DNA of 64,000 bases from a virus. The stretch lies in the IMG/VR virus record IMGVR_UViG_3300045988_171089; one strand, given 5' to 3'. This document shows positions 1 through 9,224 of the stretch, in pieces; the stretch's first letter is position 1, and every line of letters begins with the position of its first letter. The position numbers and the translations under genes were made by a program. The notes beneath the pieces were generated by a model that was not told where the DNA came from, ran no database searches, and saw only the letters and a list, made by a program, of their open reading frames with translations.

Positions 1-891
1 ATCAATTCATCAAACTCTTCTTCAGTAAGTAGGAAGAAACCTGTAGTTGCCAAGATGCCAGATAGGAGGAATAGACCTAGTGCTGTCCAGCCAGCAATCT
101 GATTACCAAATAGGAGCCAAATTGCAACAAAAAGAAAAGCGATAGGAGTGAAGACAAGTGTACTATTGATACCAAAAACACCAACAGCATACCTAATGGT
201 GTACTTTTCACTGTCGGACGTGTCGTAGGATAGTTCCACGCCTGACTCTCCGCTGTAGCGTTTAGGTGTTTCTGTATTTGCGGCTGTCGCAGGGTCGCCT
301 ACATATGTGATGGTGTGGTAGTCCCCGTACCCTTCGAGCATGGTTAGCACGTCGTCTAGGGTGGGAATGTCATTGCGTGTAGGCTGTGCCCCTGAGTGCT
401 TGTGTGACATGTACAGTAGGGTGATAGTATTATATGCTCGAAGGAACAAGGTTCCCTTATAGGCTTCGTTAAGCGCTTCCACATAATTAGGGACACATAG
501 GTTGGCGGGTATAACGTTGCCATTAGCGGTGTGTACGTTATTCTGCTGAGCGTTTGTGATTAGCCGCTCACCCTTTGGTACATGGCGCACACTAATCTGG
601 ATACTGTACCGCACATCACGACCTTGTTGCTGTAGGTAGGTGCCATTTGAGTTGGTGCTGGTGCCCCAGAGAAGAGGGATTTCGCTTGAGAGTAGCTTGA
701 GTAGGTTTACCTCATTGAGGGGCTTAGTTATGAACCCCATATAAGGTGCGGGGCTTCCTACGTTAGGCATAAACCTGAAGCTTGTATCACCTGTCCAGCG
801 GGCGGTTGTGATGTTTGCTAGTAGTGCTTCTAGGTATACGTATTGGTTACGGGTGAGCCCATGAAGGTCTAGGGCTTCGGTATTGTTCATG
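1..891 (-). CDS. hypothetical protein, 3'-truncated by the window edge (N-terminal ~297 aa visible; hydrophobic segment near window start)
   Basis: Open minus-strand frame from ATG (cat at 889-891) running off position 1; not in ORF track because its stop lies outside the window. Confidence 0.45.
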
Positions 892-899
892 CTGTCTGC

Positions 900-1736
900 C
901 TACTCTTTATTGTTGTGGGTATTGCGCAGTTCGGTAATTTCTTGCTCTAGGGTTAGGGAGTCGAAGATGCGGTCGTTATCTTCGACCTCGCTGTTATAGA
1001 TTCCTTCGAGCATACCTGCTACGTCTACGGTGTCGCCGGTGGGTGCTTCGTTTCCGATGCCTTTGAGGTATTCTTCGATTTCCTTGTTCTGCTTGTCTAC
1101 GGAAGCGATTTCACGGGCGCAGTGTTCGGCGTGGATTCGGTCACGGGTTACCTGTACGGCATTATTGAGTTTCTGGTGAGCGAGAATCAGCTTGTCGTAT
1201 AGGTTCTTGTTGGAGGCGATGATATTCTGGCATGACTTGTATTCACGCATGACTTGCTGAAGTTCAAAGTCCGATGCAGGTGCGGTGCTCTGGCGGATTC
1301 GCTCGCTCAATAGTTCCGCTTCTTCGGTCTTGCTTTCATTGAGCTTGCGGTATTCCTGTAGGCGCAGGGCGATTTCTGCTAGTTTAGCTTCGTTAGCTTC
1401 CTGCTTCTTTGCTAGTTCCGCTAGTTCAGGCTGGGTGGTTGCGTTGATGGTAGGCATCGGGTGTCCTTTCAGGATGAGCTGTGCTTCTTCTTCTGTGGTG
1501 TTGAGCGTGTCCGCGTATGCTAGGGTGGTTGCCCTGTCAATCTTTGCGATTTGGGCTCCGGTGTAGGTTCCATCCTCACTGGGGGTGATGTTGAGGTTCA
1601 CGATTCGGGGGTGAACTTCACCATTGAGGGCGCTGGTTAGCTGTGCCACGTTTTCTAGGTTGATGATAGCTTGGTTGCTTACTTGGGCAGGTACTGGGGT
1701 GTTCCAGTTTCGGACAACATGTGTCGGGTTTGTCAT
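900..1736 (-). CDS. coiled-coil hypothetical protein (278 aa)
   Basis: ORF track; heptad-like charged/Leu-rich segments (EEAELLSERIRQ, KQNKEIEEYLK). Confidence 0.6.
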   Translation of the reverse strand: MTNPTHVVRNWNTPVPAQVSNQAIINLENVAQLTSALNGEVHPRIVNLNITPSEDGTYTGAQIAKIDRATTLAYADTLNTTEEEAQLILKGHPMPTINATTQPELAELAKKQEANEAKLAEIALRLQEYRKLNESKTEEAELLSERIRQSTAPASDFELQQVMREYKSCQNIIASNKNLYDKLILAHQKLNNAVQVTRDRIHAEHCAREIASVDKQNKEIEEYLKGIGNEAPTGDTVDVAGMLEGIYNSEVEDNDRIFDSLTLEQEITELRNTHNNKE

Positions 1737-1851
1737 GCGGGGCTTCCTTTTCGTCTTTCAGGGGGTAGGGCTTTAGCCCCGGTAGTAGTAGCTATTTTAC
1801 CATATTTCAGGTGCCGCTAATACTGTTACCGGGGTGTTTTAGGTGTTGCGC

Positions 1852-2358
1852 CTAGTTGAAGATGAGGTCAAAACCGGACGCTACATTGTTCTTCGTAAGG
1901 TATACGGTGCCACCAACGCGGGACATGCCGCGTGCTACAGAGGTGTCGTACATGCGTGCGCCCTGGGTTACCTTTGCGTATTCGAGTACGCGGGTGCTGT
2001 CGCCTACGATTGCGTTACCTGCTACTACAGCGTGTCCGGTGACCCATGCGTTGCCGGTTACTAGCGCCTGGTTGGTGATGCACGCTTCACCGCTTACGCG
2101 GGCGTTACCGTTCACTACAGCATCTTCGAGTACGCGGGCTTCACCGGATACGATGGCGCTATCTGCTACCCATGAGCCGCCGCTGTGGGACAGGTTGCGT
2201 TCGTTTTCAATCCAGCCGCCTAGTTCACCGGCACGGGCGATGGTTACGCCTTCGCTGTTGATGATGTCTTGCAGGGCTTGGATTCGGCGGACGATAGTGC
2301 CGTTCGTGCTCTTAATGGCGATGTTGAGTAGTTCGTACTTCTTAGTGAACGGGCTCAT
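1852..2358 (-). CDS. hexapeptide-repeat (left-handed beta-helix) protein, paralog 1 of 3
   Basis: Clear 6-residue periodicity AxVxGx over ~60 aa (AIVSGE ARVLED AVVNGN ARVSGE ...); N-terminal KYEL...RIQALQD motif shared with 14349..14906. Confidence 0.65.
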   Translation of the reverse strand: MSPFTKKYELLNIAIKSTNGTIVRRIQALQDIINSEGVTIARAGELGGWIENERNLSHSGGSWVADSAIVSGEARVLEDAVVNGNARVSGEACITNQALVTGNAWVTGHAVVAGNAIVGDSTRVLEYAKVTQGARMYDTSVARGMSRVGGTVYLTKNNVASGFDLIFN

Positions 2359-2411
2359 AGTATTTCCTTCTTTCGTGTGTCTTAGGGGGTGTTGAGGGTT
2401 AAGGGTTTGGG

Positions 2412-2738
2412 TTAGTGTTCGAGGGTTACACTCAGCCCGCCGGTGGAGTCATGGAAGCTGTCAGTGATTTTTACCTGGGTGTTGTGGTGCATGTTCTTAG
2501 TGAACTCTTCGAGTGCTTGGATTTCTTCCCCCTCAGCAACGCCGCCAATGATAAAGGTTCCATCTACAGGTTGGTTACTAGGTACGACCTGCCAGCTAGT
2601 GTCGCCGGTGCGTTCAAAGTCGCCGCGCGTTACGGTAATGTTCTTGAATGACACGGGGATAGTAATTTCGCTTACTTCATTACCGTTTTCGTAGGTGTCG
2701 ATAATGACTGCGTATGCGCCGAGGGTAATTCGTGCCAT
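2412..2738 (-). CDS. hypothetical protein (108 aa)
   Basis: ORF track; promoter motif immediately upstream (2797-2825). Confidence 0.55.
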   Translation of the reverse strand: MARITLGAYAVIIDTYENGNEVSEITIPVSFKNITVTRGDFERTGDTSWQVVPSNQPVDGTFIIGGVAEGEEIQALEEFTKNMHHNTQVKITDSFHDSTGGLSVTLEH

Positions 2739-2796
2739 TTGAGTACTCCTTACATGGGGTATTGCCTTATAGGGGCTAACTAATTGTTATGCAACC

Positions 2797-2825
2797 ATTA
2801 TGACACACTATAGCGGGGTGTGCAA
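2797..2825 (-). promoter_or_regulatory. sigma70-like promoter TTGCAC-N17-CATAAT (member of conserved promoter family)
   Basis: Minus strand reads TTGCAC(2820-2825)-17 nt-CATAAT(2797-2802) preceded by TGTGT; directly upstream of gene 2412..2738. Confidence 0.6.
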
Positions 2826-2915
2826 CTCAAAATCATGTGAAATAGGTAACAAGGTATAAAAAATACCCCCCTGAGTCATACGACCCAGAGGGGTAACCGA
2901 AAGGTTAGGGGCTAA

Positions 2916-4517
2916 CTAGCCCTTGTTTTCCCACGGCCAGCCAGCCGAGGTGCCACGCTCAAGAAGCGGGATAAGCTCGAAACCCTTATCAGTCAGACCA
3001 CCAAGCGACCAACGGCGCTCCTTAGCCTCCATATGTGCCGCCTCATAGCCTGCAAGGTTCCAGGTGAAGACGTTCACGTGCGCCGGTACATAGCGGTCAA
3101 GAACATCATCGACAGTGTACTCAGAACCCCACCACTTACGGGCACCGAGGCTCTGCTCATCACTAATGATAAGGATACGGTCATGACCAGCATAAGACTC
3201 ACGCAGAGCCTTAGCGGTATCAGTACCACCACGAGCCTCCGGCATGTCATTATCAACAACACGCAACAGGTCATTAGAGGTAATCTTAACCTTCTCAACC
3301 TGAGTATCGAACGCCACAACATCAACGCGACCCTTATTCTTCAGAGCAAAGGCGGCGGCGAACATGTTAGCGGCATCCTGACGCGACAGAGAGCTACGCT
3401 CAGACAGGCGGCAACCCATAGAGCCGGAACGGTCAAGAAGAAGCAGGGTACGACCCGGCAACTCCGGCACATTATCCAGCACACTATTAGCACCCGCCTG
3501 TAGTGCGGCGGCAAAATCAAGCGGCGCGTTCTTGTATGCGGCAAGGAAGTTAATCGGCATAGTCTTCGCACGGACAATAGCTTCCTCATCACGCAACTTA
3601 CGGTTAATCTTCTCGATAGTATCGTAAGACACACCCGCGTTGCTGATACGGCTCAGGTTCATACGAAGCGCCTGGTAACCCATATGGTCAATAAGATTAT
3701 CCCAAACCTCAGCCGGGATAACACCAATAGTACCCGCAATTACCTCATGGGTAAGACGCGCATCCTTGATGATACGGTCTGCGGATTCCTTATCGGAAAG
3801 AACCTTAATCTTCTCGTCCTTGGTGAGGTTCAAGAAGTCACGGCGTGCCTTCATGACGGACAGCTCTTCAAGGTTCGGCTCACGACCGTAAGCAGAATCA
3901 ATGATAGTGCCGTACAGGTTCTCGCGGTACTTATCAGACGGCTTCGGGTGGACAAGGTTCACCACGTCAGCAAGAGTGAAAGCACCCTTAGCCATACGAC
4001 CCTGCCACTTCAAAACACTGTTCTCAGTAACAGACTTATTCAGGGCATCAGCAATACCACGCTTCACAGCAGACGGCACCTTACGACCAAAACGGGTAAA
4101 CCAGTAAGCAAGGAACTCGCTAGACTCATCCAGACGACCAATAGCGGCGGCAACAAGGGCACGGTTACCACCAGTCAAACCAGCCTCCAGGCGTGCATGA
4201 ACAGCTTCAGCGGCAATCATTGCCGGTACAGCACGAAGACCTGCCTCCTGACGAAGCCAACCAATCAGACCCTCAAGCCAAACATTATCGTCTGCAACCT
4301 TCTTCACAAGACCAGCGATACGGTCAGCACGCGCGTCAGCCTTCTCATAGAACGTATCCTCATTCAGCGAGGTAACGGCGGCTAGGAACAGCTCAGCCTT
4401 CGGGGTACGCTTCCAGCCGGTACCACCCTCAAAGGTACTGATACGCTCGCCGGTAGTGTCAATCTTATTAGTCGCCTTATTAGCGGTCACATGGTTCTTA
4501 GTGTTGAATCGTCCCAT
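2916..4517 (-). CDS. rsr: Ro60/TROVE-domain protein with C-terminal vWA domain (Rsr-like, 533 aa)
   Basis: N-terminal FEGGTGW (Ro60 EGGtyy-like) TROVE region; C-terminal vWA with MIDAS DRSGSMG ... GGTDT ... ILIISDEQS; size matches Ro60 (~530 aa). Confidence 0.85.
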   Translation of the reverse strand: MGRFNTKNHVTANKATNKIDTTGERISTFEGGTGWKRTPKAELFLAAVTSLNEDTFYEKADARADRIAGLVKKVADDNVWLEGLIGWLRQEAGLRAVPAMIAAEAVHARLEAGLTGGNRALVAAAIGRLDESSEFLAYWFTRFGRKVPSAVKRGIADALNKSVTENSVLKWQGRMAKGAFTLADVVNLVHPKPSDKYRENLYGTIIDSAYGREPNLEELSVMKARRDFLNLTKDEKIKVLSDKESADRIIKDARLTHEVIAGTIGVIPAEVWDNLIDHMGYQALRMNLSRISNAGVSYDTIEKINRKLRDEEAIVRAKTMPINFLAAYKNAPLDFAAALQAGANSVLDNVPELPGRTLLLLDRSGSMGCRLSERSSLSRQDAANMFAAAFALKNKGRVDVVAFDTQVEKVKITSNDLLRVVDNDMPEARGGTDTAKALRESYAGHDRILIISDEQSLGARKWWGSEYTVDDVLDRYVPAHVNVFTWNLAGYEAAHMEAKERRWSLGGLTDKGFELIPLLERGTSAGWPWENKG

Positions 4518-4626
4518 GATAGGGGTTCCTTCCTATAGTTACTGTTTAGGGTGGCTGGTTGGTGCCCCTGTTCTGTTGTGTTTGCTTGTTTTTGGGTAAA
4601 AGAAATGGGGGTGCGGAGAACCAGCC

Positions 4627-5470
4627 TTGTCGAGGGTAGTTACTAGCCGACAAAGGCGACCAGTTTCGTTGCAAATTTACAGATTTGTTTGAAGTAACTC
4701 GACAAATTCACATCCACACCCCCAAAGGGGAGCAAATATATCACACTATATTCGCTAGTGCCCGTAGCAGGTTCGACCCTGCGTGCCAGCCTTTCGGTGC
4801 AACACCCCCTATTGGGGTGCGGGCTTTGAAGTGTTGGAATTGTAGAGAATGGAGCTTATCGAGGGTGTTTGACTAGTCTAAAGGCGACCAGTTCATGATT
4901 CTAAGCAATTCCCAAAATTGTTGAAGTAACTCGATTGAATCGCTTCTATAGGTTTAAATGGCGTATCGAATTGTTGCAAGAACAACTATCCGTTGCATTT
5001 AATTCATAACAGGCACACCTGTTATAGGCACCCTACGACACCTCTAGCCCCTCGCGAAAACGCTTAGGGTTACATGTAACCAAACCGGATTAGCTAACCA
5101 TTACTTCCAGTTTTTGTTACCCCGCAAGAATGATGCCAGTCTGCATCTCGTCAAAAATAAGGGGGTGGTTACGGAAGCTTGTAACCGGACGGTGGATGCA
5201 TTAGTTCACCTTCTTGAGGGTGCTGACAGCAACGATTTTGCCTTAGCCTTGGTTCGATTATGACTCGTTCATTAGAACCTATACTCATAGTGTACCATAA
5301 GCTGTCGATTTTAGCAACAGCTAACGACAGAAACATACAAACTTGTACAGATTTGATTAACGGTTAATCATACTCTCAAGTTATTATAGCAAACCTTGTT
5401 TAGGCCTGCAAGTGCCTGTAGCAGGTTCGACTCTGCGTGTCGCTTACCACCCACCCTTATGGTGGTACAG
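4627..5470. ncRNA. candidate Y-RNA / tRNA-like non-coding region adjacent to Ro60 gene (strand not resolved)
   Basis: 1.1-kb ORF-free gap next to rsr containing two paralogous ~80-nt hairpins (4627-4705, 4858-4935) with a covarying closing stem (TTGTCGAG/CTCGACAA vs ATCGAG/CTCGAT) and shared loop motif AAAGGCGACCAGTT; two T-arm-like hairpins GCAGG-TTCGAC(C/T)-CTGC (4767-4782, 5421-5436). Confidence 0.4.
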
Positions 5471-5621
5471 GCTCCATTGGGCTCGCGCCACCCTTTGAAA
5501 TATCCATATTGTAAAGTCTTCAGGTTTCCCTGTCGCCCCTACATATATAACTATAACGTACCTGCGCGGGGTATGCAAGTCGAAAACCAACTATTTTCGC
5601 GGGGGCTTCATCACACCCGTT

Positions 5622-5972
5622 CTACTGAGTGATATATGCTTCGATTCGACCGTTGCCACAGTGGACAATATGAGTATCCTTAGCCTTGACGCGGGTGTTA
5701 GTGGTGTTGGTGTACATGTTGGTGGTTGCCGCGAGGTTGTATCGGAGCCAGTGGGTAGCGTTGCCGCCCTTTTCCATGTTTCGGATTACGGGCTTGAGGT
5801 TGCTTGAGTTGAGGCGTTCTAGTGTTGCGCGGCGGGTGATGGTGGTGGTGGGTCGCCCCTTTTTGTCGTTGAGTCGGAGGGCGGTGATGGTGCCGGTCTT
5901 CTTGTCGTATTCGATGGTGATGCGCTGGCGGGTTCGCTTGTTGCGGCGGCTAAAGAGCTTGAAGATGTCCAT
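5622..5972 (-). CDS. hypothetical basic protein (116 aa)
   Basis: ORF track; Lys/Arg-rich N-terminus. Confidence 0.5.
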   Translation of the reverse strand: MDIFKLFSRRNKRTRQRITIEYDKKTGTITALRLNDKKGRPTTTITRRATLERLNSSNLKPVIRNMEKGGNATHWLRYNLAATTNMYTNTTNTRVKAKDTHIVHCGNGRIEAYITQ

Positions 5973-6054
5973 GAGGGTTCCTTTCGGTGTGTCGTGGTTT
6001 GGGTTACCTACCCCCTATGGGTGGTTTGTGTACCCATAGGGGGGGTCTTTGGGG

Positions 6055-6414
6055 TTAGGGCTTCTCTACTACTTCTGCGACCAGGTAGAAGATGCCGATG
6101 TTATCTTCTTCAACCTTGACATTCTGGAAGCCGTATCGCTTACCGTCACCAAGCGGGTTATCTAGAGTGACTGCGAGAAGCTGGACAATAATGTTGGTTC
6201 GTGCGATTACTACCCAGGTTTCCATGTCACTATCAGTCATATTGTCGCTGTAGTATTCGACTACGGGGTTAGGGATAGGAAGAATGAACTCGCCGTATTC
6301 CTCCCAGGTGTCAGTGTCTAGGATGGTAGCGGTTGCAATGCGCGCACCGTTGCCGTTCTTTTCGTCAAACTCGTAGGTAATGTTTGCGATAGCGTCCATG
6401 ACGGTTCCTTTCAC
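6055..6414 (-). CDS. hypothetical protein (119 aa)
   Basis: ORF track; promoter-family motif upstream (6470-6560). Confidence 0.55.
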   Translation of the reverse strand: MKGTVMDAIANITYEFDEKNGNGARIATATILDTDTWEEYGEFILPIPNPVVEYYSDNMTDSDMETWVVIARTNIIVQLLAVTLDNPLGDGKRYGFQNVKVEEDNIGIFYLVAEVVEKP

Positions 6415-6605
6415 AGGTGGTGAATCCTATAGGGGTTCCTATAGGGGGGTTTCAGGGTTTCCCCCTTTGCTTATGTAACTATTATGCCACACTCTAGCGG
6501 GGTACGCAAGTCGAAACAATGTGAACCTGGTCACATTCTATTTGTGAGTACATAAAACCCCCTAGCGGAACTATTACTAGGGGGTTTCTAGGACTACCTA
6601 TAAGG

Positions 6606-7025
6606 TTAGGCGGTTAGCTCCAGCGGCTCCGGGTCAGCGTACCGCATAACAATGTTGCCACTGTAACGCTCAAGGTGGGTAATCTTGAACTCAAGCGGGA
6701 AAGTCTGAGCATCAACCATAAGAGCCGCAATGTCACGAAGGATAGGTGAGGTGAGCGGGAACTCTGCCTCAAACTCATAACCGCCGGTGCTAATCGTCAC
6801 AAACAGGGACTTCATGGAATTACCAACGCCGTCCGGGTCTTCGTCCTGTCGAATCTGGAAGCCGGTAGCGGTCAAGTCCTGGTCGTTGATAGTGGCAATA
6901 TCTTCAGGGTCGAACTTACCGTCAAAGAAGCCGAGGATAGTGAAACCGGAAACGAAAATACTGTTTTCGTACATGATAGGGGGGGTTCTCCTTGTGATTG
7001 GAAAGTCTGACATGTACCACCCCAT
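6606..7025 (-). CDS. hypothetical protein (139 aa)
   Basis: ORF track. Confidence 0.55.
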   Translation of the reverse strand: MGWYMSDFPITRRTPPIMYENSIFVSGFTILGFFDGKFDPEDIATINDQDLTATGFQIRQDEDPDGVGNSMKSLFVTISTGGYEFEAEFPLTSPILRDIAALMVDAQTFPLEFKITHLERYSGNIVMRYADPEPLELTA

Positions 7026-7189
7026 CAGGTTATATGCCTAGGCGTTCAAGGTAGCACACACCCAGTGTATCAGTAATTCCGAATGGGTGCCAACTTGCTT
7101 GCGTGCCCCGTATCTGGTTAGTAGGTGTAGAAAGTCGCATATCTTACGGCTCGTTATGGACACTCACGAGTTAGCACAACGTGATTCAT

Positions 7190-7225
7190 GGCACTTATTT
7201 TTTATTCTTCAAAAATCCACCCCTA
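7190..7225. other. AT-rich tract (possible DNA-unwinding element) adjacent to the iteron array
   Basis: gcacttattttttattcttcaaaaatcc, unusually AT-rich for this genome. Confidence 0.35.
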
Positions 7226-7712
7226 GAGCCCTTATAGTCCCCGTCAAGGTAACCACCCATTAGCTATCAACAATCACCCCCCCTACCTAATCTCATAGTG
7301 AACCTACATGACCATCTCACGCGCGCGTAATAATCTTTATCTCTATCTATAGTCATTATGCCCCAAATACCCCGTTCTGCCCCGGTATTTCAAGGAAGAA
7401 CCACCCCCAAGTCGGGACGGAAACTCCCAAATAGTCCCCGGTAGAGCCCTTATAGTCTCCCCCTAAAAGTCCCCGCAAACTCCCAAATAACCACCCCCAA
7501 AGAGCCCTAATAGTCCCCGGTGAATCCCCTATAGTCACCCAAGAGCCCTAATAGTCACCATAGGCGCTCTACTGGTTGCCTTTAGAACCCTTATAGTCCC
7601 CGTGGTACCCCCCCCGCATTGATTGAGTGCTTCCATGCCTTACTACTAGAGCCCTTATAGTCACCCCCATATTGGTTCACATGAATCCCCTATAGTCACC
7701 CTCCCTTGAAAG
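7226..7712. repeat. iteron-like array: ~8 direct copies of a 15-18-bp motif AGAGCCCTTATAGTC(C/A)CC in a ~490-bp ORF-free region
   Basis: Copies at ~7230, 7437, 7501, 7521, 7541, 7578, 7648, 7688 with core CCYTWATAGTC; no convincing ORF. Confidence 0.6.
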
Positions 7713-7763
7713 CTTCTTTAGGTGGACTAATTGAGTCATACTCTAAACTGCCCACAACGCAGA

Positions 7764-7810
7764 AATAAACCCCACAGAGAGCCATGCATGGCTTCCTATG
7801 GGGTTTATTT
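7764..7810. terminator. bidirectional intrinsic-terminator-like hairpin (15-bp stem) with T-runs on both sides
   Basis: AAATAAACCCCACAG ... CTATGGGGTTTATTT inverted repeat enclosing palindrome GCCATGCATGGC; TTTATTT follows on both strands. Confidence 0.55.
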
Positions 7811-7880
7811 GGGTATACTAATACCCCCGCAAGATTTAATAACCTTACGGGGGTATCGTTTACAGATTGGGCGCTAGGGG

Positions 7881-8678
7881 CTAGTTGCTCTTCTTGATGT
7901 ACTTCTGGGCTTCACCCTTGGGTACATGGAACGCAATTTTTGCGCGTCCAGCATCCCAAGCGTTCACAGTACAGCCGGTGTCTCGACCTTCTACACAGAG
8001 CGGCTGACCATCAAAAACAGTTAGCCGAGTGTGATACAAGGGCGTGTACTCTACATACGCCTTACCCGGCTCTTGGTCTTCAATAATAAAGTACTTATCA
8101 GGCGTGTAGGTGACTTCCTGCTTAGCCGGTGATTCACCTTCCTGCACCCAAGCATACAGGGGCTTTGTGGGCTTATTGGCACTCTTGGCACTATCAAGTA
8201 GAGTATCGCTAGGGGTGCCGCCTGTGTTTTGGATTTCATGAGCTACCTGCTGTTGCTCATTATTACTATCCAGCTCTCGTAGCGGATACTTAATGGTTAC
8301 GGTCTGGTGCGTGCCATTTTCAACCTTCGTATCAGGCATCAGCTCCAACGCCTTAACATTAGGGCTTACCACTGCAAGGACTACCAGAACAACGCTGACA
8401 ATAATCTTTAGGATTGAGCTGACCATAATCTTGCCGTATTCCTTGTAACCGTATCCCCATAGGGCGGTTGGGTTTTCATGAACCCACCAATCATAGGTGA
8501 GACGGTCGCACCCGAACAGCATTTCAAAACCTTCAAAACCTGGGTCTTCCGGTACACCTTCGGGAATATCCTTGTTGAAGAAGAACGCCGGTATGATTCC
8601 GGAAATAATTAGCCCACCAATAACGTAAGGGACAACCTGAGTATCTAGCTTTAGAGCCACCGCAACAGCAACAAGCAT
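7881..8678 (-). CDS. membrane protein (2 predicted TM helices); start moved to internal ATG at 8678
   Basis: ORF track lists 7881..9014 but the first ~110 codons read through the tRNA/repeat element (VGSNPTGA signature of tRNA T-arm); hydrophobic stretches MLVAVAVALKL and IMVSSILKIIVSVVLVVLAVV. Confidence 0.45.
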   Translation of the reverse strand: MLVAVAVALKLDTQVVPYVIGGLIISGIIPAFFFNKDIPEGVPEDPGFEGFEMLFGCDRLTYDWWVHENPTALWGYGYKEYGKIMVSSILKIIVSVVLVVLAVVSPNVKALELMPDTKVENGTHQTVTIKYPLRELDSNNEQQQVAHEIQNTGGTPSDTLLDSAKSANKPTKPLYAWVQEGESPAKQEVTYTPDKYFIIEDQEPGKAYVEYTPLYHTRLTVFDGQPLCVEGRDTGCTVNAWDAGRAKIAFHVPKGEAQKYIKKSN

Positions 8679-8754
8679 GAAGATGACACGGAAACGGTTC
8701 AATGCTGAAGGTACTGGGTCAAAAGGTGGTAGAGGCCCCTTGAAGTTTCGTTCT

Positions 8755-8926
8755 GAGTCATCCCCGTGTGCACGGTAGATGAGCCAGGGCTTCGCCCTGA
8801 CGGTAACCCTCAAATCAGTATTAGCCGATTCTCCTGGTCTTGACATGCAACCCCGAAAGGTTGTCTGTCCGTTTATACTCTCCCGTCTCTCACAGGCGAG
8901 GGCAATACACCCAAAAAGTGTGTTAC
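8755..8926 (-). repeat. tRNA-linked structured repeat element, copy A
   Basis: Conserved core (minus strand) CTCGCCTGTGAGAGACGGGAGAGTATAAACGGACA-[variable hairpin]-GTCAAGACCAGG...CTTGAGGGTCACCGTC-[variable hairpin]-GGCTCA.CTACCGT...ACGGGG.TGACTC shared with copies at 18158, 20115, 20776, 23130. Confidence 0.7.
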
Positions 8927-9000
8927 GTGCCCCCGTGGGATTTGAACCCACGACCTGCGGATTAAAAGTCCGTAGCTCTGACCTGACTGAGCTAAAGGGG
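8927..9000 (-). tRNA. tRNA-Lys(TTT)-like, probably chimeric/pseudo (acceptor 5' strand ACCCCTT does not pair with 3' strand GGGGGCA)
   Basis: D-arm GCTC/GAGC, anticodon loop CTTTTAA, T-arm GTGGG-TTCAAAT-CCCAC; the 3' end GGGGCAC is the sequence that precedes repeat copies C and E, suggesting replacement of the native 3' end. Confidence 0.5.
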
Positions 9001-9013
9001 TCTACAAGGAACA

Positions 9014-9042
9014 AGTATACAGTACTCGTTTCTGTTTTGCAA
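9014..9042 (-). promoter_or_regulatory. promoter TTGCAA-N17-TATACT driving tRNA-Lys copy at 8927
   Basis: Minus strand TTGCAA(9037-9042), 17-nt spacer, TATACT(9014-9019), ~12 nt before tRNA 5' end; near-identical copy at 23015-23043. Confidence 0.6.
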
Positions 9043-9224
9043 ATTCATTATTTCTAGGGGGTCTATATGTGGGGCAATATCTCATTACGCCTATAACCAT
9101 TAGGGCACACCCCTAATCCTAATGCAAGCCGAAATAGCATGAAATAGGTCATATAAAGAATTGGGCAAAGTGAAACCCCCTAGAGGAAATACCACTAGGG
9201 GGTTTTATTCAGTAGTTCAAACTA

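Noticed and set aside
1285-1566. Plus-strand ORFs embedded opposite long minus-strand genes (for example 1285..1566, 1856..2395, 3033..3503, 3684..4385, 12607..13287, 13758..14240, 18813..19496, 19527..20000, 62750..63730)
   Set aside because: All overlap longer, better-supported minus-strand genes with recognisable domains or SDs. They have low-complexity or Cys/Ser/Arg-rich translations typical of antisense frames.
4518-5640. tmRNA (ssrA) in the rsr-adjacent non-coding region, suggested by GGTTCGAC T-arm-like hairpins and an ACCA after the second one
   Set aside because: No acceptor-stem partner (5' GGGG... pairing with the 3' end) was found. There is no tag-peptide reading frame ending in a stop after a resume codon. 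The T-loops have 6 nt, not 7. Spurious ORF 4685..4876 and 5396..5632 were also dismissed.
7881-9014. Full-length ORF-track call 7881..9014 (377 aa) and internal ORFs 8051..8239, 8779..9057
   Set aside because: The 5' third reads through repeat copy A and the tRNA-Lys-like gene (VGSNPTGA). The gene was truncated to the internal ATG at 8678.
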